Below are positions 58,064 through 64,000 of a stretch of 64,000 bases of DNA, in pieces. The position numbers and the translations under genes were made by a program. Source of the DNA: a bacterium (lineage in GTDB: Bacteria; Sysuimicrobiota; Sysuimicrobiia; Sysuimicrobiales; Humicultoraceae); NCBI GenBank assembly GCA_036004665.1, contig DASYRG010000008.1, forward strand, positions 82,754-146,753, written 5' to 3'. Each line of letters starts with the position of its first letter. Position 1 is the first letter of the stretch. The notes beneath the pieces are model-generated. The model was given only the letters and a program-made list of their open reading frames with translations, was not told where the DNA came from and made no database searches.

Positions 58064-59248
58064 CTACCTCGCCTCCTCGACTTTTCCGGAGAGCACCTTC
58101 CACGTGGCCTGCCATTCGGCGCCGGCGCCGAGACACGGTCCGGTGGCCGCGAGGTCGATGGCCACCTCCACCCGCGCGTTGGGGGCGAGTTCCCCGACGC
58201 GCACGGTCCCTTTGCGGACGTCGGTGAAGGTCCTGGGGACCTGGGGAAAGGTGCTGCCCACCGGGGTCACAGTGCAAGTCCGGCGCATCTCGATTTCTAC
58301 GACCAGTCCGGTGATCTTCAGGGAGCTGCGGTTTGTCACAGCCGCAAAGGTGCCGCTGCCGCGTTCGGCCGTCGCCCCCAGCACCGTCACTTCCAGGAGA
58401 CGCTCGAGGACGAGAGTGGTGAACGCCCCGGCATCCTTCACGTCCTGAGCCGCTTCCGCCAGCGCGACGGTGGGCCGGTTCATCGGCCGCACCGTGACGA
58501 TGAAGCGCGCGACCACATCATCGATCGTCAGGCGGACTTCAAAAGACCCCGCCCGTCCGCCCCCGATCGGATTGGGTACGAGGGTGGTCGTCCCTTCGCC
58601 CACTCGCCCGCCGTCCGGCCCGAGCAGGACCACCTGGACGAAGAGTGCCAGCGGAGGTCCGGCGTTGGAGACGGACCCGACGACCACGAAGGTCGTGCCT
58701 TCGACCCGTCCGCTGAGAGAGCGGAAGGCGACGGCGCTCTCGGTCCCCGGCGGCGGGGGCGCCACCCTGGCCGGCACGGCGTCGGGACGGAAGACCTCGA
58801 TCAGGGTGACACGGCCGTCGGTGAGCACGAATTCGACTCCGGTGAACGGGAAGACGTAGCGGACCACCGCGCCCGCGCGCCCCCGAAGGCTGCCGGGAGC
58901 ACGCTCGTACGCCAGGCGCACGCGGGCTTCGCTGTCGCCGACGCGCACCCCCTGGCTCGTCACACAGGTGGGATGGCGTGTGGCGACGCGGCTGACCTGA
59001 CCGCTCTCCGTCGTGATCTGCGCCAGCGTCGTGGTAAAGAGGTAGACGGTCTCCGCGGCCCGCACGCCGATCACGCGGCCGGCCGGACTGCCTGTCAGGC
59101 GGAGTGCTTCGGCGGTCGGCATTCCAATGCGGATCGTTCCTATGCCCACGCCCTCCGCGACGAGACAGGGAATAGGAGCCGAGAGGACGGGTGAAGGACC
59201 TGCGGCGGCGAGCAGCGCGGCGGCGAGCAGCGGGACGGCGAGACGCAT
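58064..59248 (-). CDS. secreted hypothetical protein with an N-terminal signal peptide; no recognisable domain
   Basis: Start taken at MRLAVPLLAAALLAAAGPSPVLSA with a perfect GGAGGAG RBS; beta-rich composition; the ORF-track ORF extends 18 codons further upstream. Confidence 0.6.
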   Translation of the reverse strand: MRLAVPLLAAALLAAAGPSPVLSAPIPCLVAEGVGIGTIRIGMPTAEALRLTGSPAGRVIGVRAAETVYLFTTTLAQITTESGQVSRVATRHPTCVTSQGVRVGDSEARVRLAYERAPGSLRGRAGAVVRYVFPFTGVEFVLTDGRVTLIEVFRPDAVPARVAPPPPGTESAVAFRSLSGRVEGTTFVVVGSVSNAGPPLALFVQVVLLGPDGGRVGEGTTTLVPNPIGGGRAGSFEVRLTIDDVVARFIVTVRPMNRPTVALAEAAQDVKDAGAFTTLVLERLLEVTVLGATAERGSGTFAAVTNRSSLKITGLVVEIEMRRTCTVTPVGSTFPQVPRTFTDVRKGTVRVGELAPNARVEVAIDLAATGPCLGAGAEWQATWKVLSGKVEEAR

Positions 59249-59345
59249 ACACTCCTCCGAAAACGTGTGATGGACGACGGCCCCGCGCGTTCTTGGAGCC
59301 ATGATAGCATACCCTTAAAGGATCATTTACCCCGCTCTATCCCGC

Positions 59346-59440
59346 GGAGGGCAGTATCCGCTGGTGCGGGTCCCGGTCTTCAACACCGGTGGCGGGGCCT
59401 CGGGTTCCGCGCTGGGTTCGATTCCCAGGGCCCTCCGCCA
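59346..59440 (+). tRNA. selC: tRNA-Sec (anticodon UCA), selC
   Basis: GGAGGGC acceptor pairs with GCCCTCC-G-CCA; 6-bp D-stem ATCCGC/GCGGGT with 4-nt loop; anticodon loop CUUCAAC; 6-bp long variable arm; T-arm CTGGG-TTCGATT-CCCAG; CCA is encoded. Confidence 0.8.
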
Positions 59441-59514
59441 TCACTGCGCCATGCTCTCACCACGAGCAGCCCCCGAGGCTGCCTCACGCCCACGCGTCGT
59501 CAAACCGTCGCCGC

Positions 59515-60690
59515 ATGGGCAGATATGTAAGCGTGAGTCTGACTCTGGGTCTCCGCATTGCCGACCGCTACGTCACGCGCGAACTCCTCGGTCCATTCTT
59601 TCTCGGGGTGGGGGGGTTCATCGTGGTGCTCGCCGGCGACATCCTCTACACGCTGGCGGAGTTCCTGGCCACAGGACAGATCAGACTGGGTGTTCTTCTG
59701 GCACTCCTGGCGTACAAGCTTCCCGCCATTCTGGTGGTGACCTTTCCGGTGTCCACCCTCTTTGCCATCCTCCTGGGAGTGGGGCGCCTGGCGCGAGACC
59801 GGGAGGTGCAGGCCTTTCGCCTGGCTGGCCGCTCACTCACCCGGATCTTTCTCCCCGTGCTGCTCTTCGCAGCGGTGATGGCCGGCGCGGGCTTTGCGAC
59901 GAACGAGTTCTTCGCGCCGTGGGCCAATCAGCGGGCCAACGCGCTGCTGCGCCGGGCCGCCTTCGGCGAGGCCGGGCCGCTGATCCGCCAGCAGGTCTTC
60001 TTCCGGGACAGCGGCGACCGGGTGTTCTACGTCGAGCAGGTCGACAGCAGCCGGAAAACACTGCGCAACGTCATGATCTACGATGCGAGCCGTCCCCTCC
60101 CGCGGGTGATCACGGCCCGCGAAGCGTCTTGGGAGCCGTCCCGCGAAGCCTTCGCGGAGCCCTCGCTCTGGCGGCTGCGCGATGGCGTGGTGCGTGAGCT
60201 CGACGAGCAGGGCTTCACCCGGTTTGAAACGCGCTTCGCCAGCCTGGATCTGGCGGTGGCGGTCGAAGAGGCCACTCTCACCGGCGACGAACGCCGCCCC
60301 GACGAGATGACCGCCCGGGAGCTGCAGAGCCGGCTGCGCCTCTTCAGCCCCGGGGACCTGCCGCCGCGGCTGGCCATGGAGTTCCACCGCAGGTTCGCGG
60401 TCCCCCTGACCAGCGTTGTCTTCGCCTTGCTGGCCGCCCCGCTCAGCCTGCACGTCGCCCAGGGGCGCTTCCTCAGCATCGGCATCAGCATCGTGTTGCT
60501 CTTCATCTATTACGCCGTGATGTCGATCGGGCGAGCCCTCGGCGCCACCGGCGCCGTCACGCCGGCGCTGGCCGCGTGGCTGCCCAACCTGCTCTTCAGC
60601 CTGGGAGGGCTGACGATGTGGGCGCGGGTGGAGGGAGGATGGCCGCGTCCTCTCCTCCCGATCGCCGCCCTGCGGAAACTGGTCAGATGA
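59515..60690 (+). CDS. LptF/LptG-family (YjgP/YjgQ) LPS export permease
   Basis: 391 aa from the ATG at 59515 (the ORF-track GTG at 59389 would overlap the tRNA); ADRYVTRELLGPFFLG N-terminal motif; 6 TM segments. Confidence 0.75.
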   Translation: MGRYVSVSLTLGLRIADRYVTRELLGPFFLGVGGFIVVLAGDILYTLAEFLATGQIRLGVLLALLAYKLPAILVVTFPVSTLFAILLGVGRLARDREVQAFRLAGRSLTRIFLPVLLFAAVMAGAGFATNEFFAPWANQRANALLRRAAFGEAGPLIRQQVFFRDSGDRVFYVEQVDSSRKTLRNVMIYDASRPLPRVITAREASWEPSREAFAEPSLWRLRDGVVRELDEQGFTRFETRFASLDLAVAVEEATLTGDERRPDEMTARELQSRLRLFSPGDLPPRLAMEFHRRFAVPLTSVVFALLAAPLSLHVAQGRFLSIGISIVLLFIYYAVMSIGRALGATGAVTPALAAWLPNLLFSLGGLTMWARVEGGWPRPLLPIAALRKLVR

Positions 60691-61187
60691 GCCGGACCGT
60701 GAGCCTGTTCCTCTCGGCCCTCCTCTTGCTCGTTGTGGGAGGGGCCGTCGGGTCTCACATGCGGGCCTCACGTTCGGCGCTCCCACACCCTCGAGCGGCG
60801 CCCGCGCCCTCCCACTCGCCCGCCCAACCCCCCCGCGGTGTGGCGGAACTGCGCGACACCACCCTGGTCGTGCGCCGCGCCGGGCAAAAGCAACTTGAGG
60901 TATCTGCCGAGCGTGTCTCGATCAGCAGTGATCAGCGGTACGCGATCTTCTCGGGGATCGTCCGGGCCTCGCTGAATCTGCGCGGGGGCCTCGCGCTGCG
61001 ACTGAGGGCCCCCGAGGCCTCCTGGGATGCGGCCCGGCGTCGCCTGGTGCTCCCCCGTGGCATCGAGATGGAAGCGGCCGGAAGCAGCATCCGCGCCGAC
61101 CGGCTGACGCTCGATCCAGACACCGCATCCCTGTTGCTGGAAGGTGACGTCCGGGTCACTTTTACGCTGGGTGGAGACGTGCCATGA
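60687..61187 (+). CDS. LptC-like single-pass membrane protein
   Basis: 166 aa; N-terminal TM anchor; ATGA overlap with the upstream stop; sits between lptFG and the lptA-like gene. Confidence 0.55.
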   Translation: MSRTVSLFLSALLLLVVGGAVGSHMRASRSALPHPRAAPAPSHSPAQPPRGVAELRDTTLVVRRAGQKQLEVSAERVSISSDQRYAIFSGIVRASLNLRGGLALRLRAPEASWDAARRRLVLPRGIEMEAAGSSIRADRLTLDPDTASLLLEGDVRVTFTLGGDVP

Positions 61188-62266
61188 CCCGCCGGACGCG
61201 CGGAAGAGTCGCGGCGCTCGCCACCGCCACCTGCCTGACCGTAATGGCCGCGGGGGAGACGCCGGGGTGGGGGCAGGGGATCCAGTTCGCCCCCGGCGAG
61301 CAGGGCCACCTCCGGGCCGACCGGGTGCGGTATGACGCCCGTACACAGGTGTTCTCGGCCGAAGGCGACGTCCAGCTCACCGTGGGGCGTCTGGAGATCC
61401 GCGCCGCCCGCCTGCGATTGGAGCGGCGCACCCAGATCGCCTACGCCTCCGGCGGGGTGACCGTCAGGGGGGACGACTTGGGACTCGCCGCGGCGCAGGT
61501 CAGTTATGAGATCAAGACGCGAATGGCCCGCGCGACCGGTGGAGCCCTCCTCACCCAAAGGGACGTGACGGTCCGGGCCCCCCAGGTCACGATCACCCTC
61601 ACCACCCAGCTGATTACCGCCTCCGGCGGAGTGACCGTCGTACAGGGGCGATCGACTCTGTCCGGCCATGCGCTCGCAGCCGACCTGATCTCCCGCCGGG
61701 CTGAGGTGGTGGGGGAGGCGGAGCTGCGACGCGCCGCCGCCCCCGACGCAGGGGCCACCTCCGATGCGGCCAGCGCGGCGGCCTCGAGGGAGGCGGTGAT
61801 CCACGCGCACCGGATGACCCTTCGCTGGAACCCTGATGAGGCCGAGGCCTCCGGGGGGGTGCGCATCCTCCAGGGGGAGCGTGTGGCCCGGGCAGAGCGG
61901 GCGCGCTATGTCGAATCGAGCGGGCGCCTGGATCTGGAGGGCGATGTCGTCGTGGAGCGCTTCGGGGAGCGCCCGCCCCTCTCAGGAGCGGGCCTGGCCG
62001 CCCACCGGTTGGTGGTCAGCCTGCGTGACGGGGGTATGGACGCCCACGGCGGCGTGCGCGTGACCCAGGACGGTCGCAGCGCGGCGGGGGAGCGCGCCGT
62101 CTATCAGGAACGGGAGCAGCGGGTCACCGTCACGGGGCGCGTGCTCCTGACCGACGAAGACGGCAACACGGTGCGCGCCGATCGTGTCGTCATCCTGCTC
62201 AATGAAGAATCGTTCGAGGCTTCCGGGAACGTCGAAACCGTGTTCAAGGTGAAGCCCGGCAAATAA
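61184..62266 (+). CDS. LptA/OstA-like periplasmic protein with tandem OstA N-terminal-like beta-jellyroll repeats
   Basis: Signal peptide; repeated motifs such as RADRVRYDARTQVFSAEGDVQLT and RAERARYVESSGRLDLEGDVVV. Confidence 0.65.
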   Translation: MTRRTRGRVAALATATCLTVMAAGETPGWGQGIQFAPGEQGHLRADRVRYDARTQVFSAEGDVQLTVGRLEIRAARLRLERRTQIAYASGGVTVRGDDLGLAAAQVSYEIKTRMARATGGALLTQRDVTVRAPQVTITLTTQLITASGGVTVVQGRSTLSGHALAADLISRRAEVVGEAELRRAAAPDAGATSDAASAAASREAVIHAHRMTLRWNPDEAEASGGVRILQGERVARAERARYVESSGRLDLEGDVVVERFGERPPLSGAGLAAHRLVVSLRDGGMDAHGGVRVTQDGRSAAGERAVYQEREQRVTVTGRVLLTDEDGNTVRADRVVILLNEESFEASGNVETVFKVKPGK

Positions 62267-62281
62267 GGCCCGGTCCCCCCG

Positions 62282-64000
62282 ATGCCCGGCCGCCCCCTCC
62301 TTCTCCTCATCCTCTTCCTGGCCGCCGCCGGGGCTGCCCTGACCGCGCCGCGTCCCGCCGCCGCCCAGGAGACGCCGGATGGGCTGCCGGTGCGGATCAG
62401 GGCGGACAGCTTCCGGTATGACCGGCGGACGCGGGTGCTCACCGCCACGGGCAACGTGGTCCTCACCTTCCAGGAGGTGACGATCCGCGCCGACGCCCTG
62501 GTGGCCAATCTGGAGAGCGGCGACGTCACCGCGGAAGGCCACGTCCAGCTGGAGGTGGCGGGACAGTCCGTCTCCTCCGACCTCCTCAGCTACAACCTGG
62601 CGACCCGGTTCGGGACGCTCACCAACGCCCGCACGAGCTACACTGGGCCGCTGGTCCTCGGGTCGGTGCACCTGCGCGCGCAGCAGCTCGAAGGGATCCC
62701 CAACCAATCGGTGACGATCCGCGGCGGCTTCCTCACCACCTGCGACGAAACCGATCCGATCGTCCACCTCACCGCCGACGAGATCACCGTCTACCTGGGC
62801 GACCGGATCGTGGGCCGACGGGTCTCCGTCTGGCTGGGCGGCCGGCGCCTCTTCACGCTCCCGTCCTTCCTGATCTTCCTGCGGGAGCGGCGCGAGACCC
62901 GCCTCCTCCCGGTCCTCGGCTACAGCGAGGCGGAGGGGATCTTCGTCAAGACCACCTACAGCTACGCCCTCAACGCGCAGCACTACGGGTTCCTCTACGG
63001 GGACTGGATGGAGCGCCTGGGCGTAGGGACCGGCATCGAGCACCTCTACCAGATCGGTGGGACACGAGGGTCGGCCCTGGTCTACCGGCTTGACAACCGC
63101 CAGACCGGCGGGGTCGACCTGCGGGCGATCTTCAACCACCGACAGACCGTGAATCCCCACCTTGGGCTGGCGCTCTACGCGGACTACTCGCGGCGCAGCG
63201 CGGCCGGCGGGCCGCCGACCTCAGACTTCTTCGGCGCGCTCGACCTCCAGTACACGACGCCGCGCTCGAACACCTATCTCTTTGCCACCGCCGCCACATT
63301 TGCGCCGGGGTCCGCCTCAGTGCTGTCCGGGCGCCTGGCCCACGCGCAGGCGCTGAGTCCTCACCTGTCTGTGGAAGCGTTTCTCGACCTCAGCCGAGTC
63401 GAGAGCGTCGCGGGGACCGACGACGAGGCGGCGCCGCGTCTGGCGCTCCTCTACCTCGCGCATGGCGTCAACGCCTCACTGGTGACAGACATGCGCTGGG
63501 ACCTTGACGGCGATCGCTTTCCCTTCGATACGCGCTACTCCCTGGAACGGCTGCCGGAGCTGACGGTCTCGCTCGCCCCCATCTTTCTCGGCGGCGGGTT
63601 GACAGTGCAGCTCGATGGGGGGCTCGGCCGCTTCAGGGAGACGACGGTGGGAGCGGGGACCGCCGTCCTCGAGCTGGGACGGGCCGACGCCACGATCACC
63701 GTGAGCGGACCGGTGCCGCTGGGGTCGGGAACGCTCGGCGTCCGTACGCAGCTGCGCGGCAGCTGGTACAGCAATGGGGCGTCCCGCATCTTCTACAACG
63801 GCCGCCTCGAGTATACGTGGCCCCTCGGCGTGGGGGTGGTGAGCCGCCTGGGCTATTCGGGACAGGGCGCCTCTGGAATCAGCCCGTTTGTCTTCGATCA
63901 GATCACGGCGATGTTCAGTGCAGCCGACGCGACGCTCTTCTACCAGCGCCCAGGGCTCTTCGCGCAGGCTACCGCCTTCTACGACCTCCAGCTGCGGCGG
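62282..64000 (+). CDS. LptD-like outer-membrane protein, 5' partial (runs off the window)
   Basis: Signal peptide MPGRPLLLLILFLAAAGAALTAPRPAAAQ; OstA-N-like motif IRADSFRYDRRTRVLTATGNVVL; the frame is open to position 64000; not in the ORF track because it has no stop. Confidence 0.7.
   Translation, partial: MPGRPLLLLILFLAAAGAALTAPRPAAAQETPDGLPVRIRADSFRYDRRTRVLTATGNVVLTFQEVTIRADALVANLESGDVTAEGHVQLEVAGQSVSSDLLSYNLATRFGTLTNARTSYTGPLVLGSVHLRAQQLEGIPNQSVTIRGGFLTTCDETDPIVHLTADEITVYLGDRIVGRRVSVWLGGRRLFTLPSFLIFLRERRETRLLPVLGYSEAEGIFVKTTYSYALNAQHYGFLYGDWMERLGVGTGIEHLYQIGGTRGSALVYRLDNRQTGGVDLRAIFNHRQTVNPHLGLALYADYSRRSAAGGPPTSDFFGALDLQYTTPRSNTYLFATAATFAPGSASVLSGRLAHAQALSPHLSVEAFLDLSRVESVAGTDDEAAPRLALLYLAHGVNASLVTDMRWDLDGDRFPFDTRYSLERLPELTVSLAPIFLGGGLTVQLDGGLGRFRETTVGAGTAVLELGRADATITVSGPVPLGSGTLGVRTQLRGSWYSNGASRIFYNGRLEYTWPLGVGVVSRLGYSGQGASGISPFVFDQITAMFSAADATLFYQRPGLFAQATAFYDLQLRR

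Overview
High-GC (~70%) bacterial chromosome segment whose gene order closely follows the Bacillus-type backbone despite the base composition. The order is asnS / rimP-nusA-ylxR-infB-ylxP-rbfA-nrnA-truB-ribF / rpsO-pnp-M16 peptidase / dapB-(enolase-family)-asd-lysC-dapA / UDG-rnj / uppP-ftsK / BMP-type ABC transporter with amidohydrolase and citrate-synthase-like genes / pfkB-psuG / rodZ-cinA-thpR / recA-recX / rny-ymdB / PHP / selA-selB / tRNA-Sec / lptFG-lptC-lptA-lptD. The Lpt genes imply an outer membrane, so this is probably a diderm, high-GC, Firmicutes-related organism of the Symbiobacterium / Thermaerobacter / Limnochordia kind; that is a guess. Most of the window is core information-processing and lysine-biosynthesis genes, with overlapping stops and starts throughout.

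The most unusual thing I can see directly in the sequence is a family of four about 70-nt nested-hairpin intergenic elements. Each has a perfect 17-21 bp outer stem whose sequence differs completely between copies, around a conserved core (CCGAAC-K-AC-R-GGAT...) that forms its own inner stem with a 13-nt apical loop. One copy sits between convergent genes after asnS, two sit as an inverted tandem pair between the M16 peptidase gene and dapB, and one sits after rnj. I cannot assign them to any element class I know.

Other notable items:
- A tRNA-Sec gene (anticodon UCA, 6-bp D-stem, long variable arm) lies just downstream of selAB, separated from them by an unknown secreted-protein gene.
- A three-gene cassette inserted between recX and rny encodes a single-chain UvrD-type helicase fused to an AddB/Cas4-like Fe-S nuclease, followed by a short Mre11/SbcD-like phosphoesterase and an SbcC-like ATPase with hydrophobic, possibly membrane-spanning, segments (SbcE/SbcF-like).
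- A 1,179-aa protein with zinc ribbons, an adenylate/guanylate cyclase domain, a STAND ATPase and TPR repeats converges on a small excisionase-like HTH gene.
- recA has a Cheo-type LexA box overlapping its promoter.
- The nusA-operon leader carries a hairpin followed by a U8 tract.
- PNPase has an RGG-rich C-terminal tail.

No CRISPR array, rRNA or obvious IS element was seen. Coordinates derived from the ORF track are exact; coordinates I counted by hand (hairpins, tRNA, promoters) may be off by 1-2 nt.
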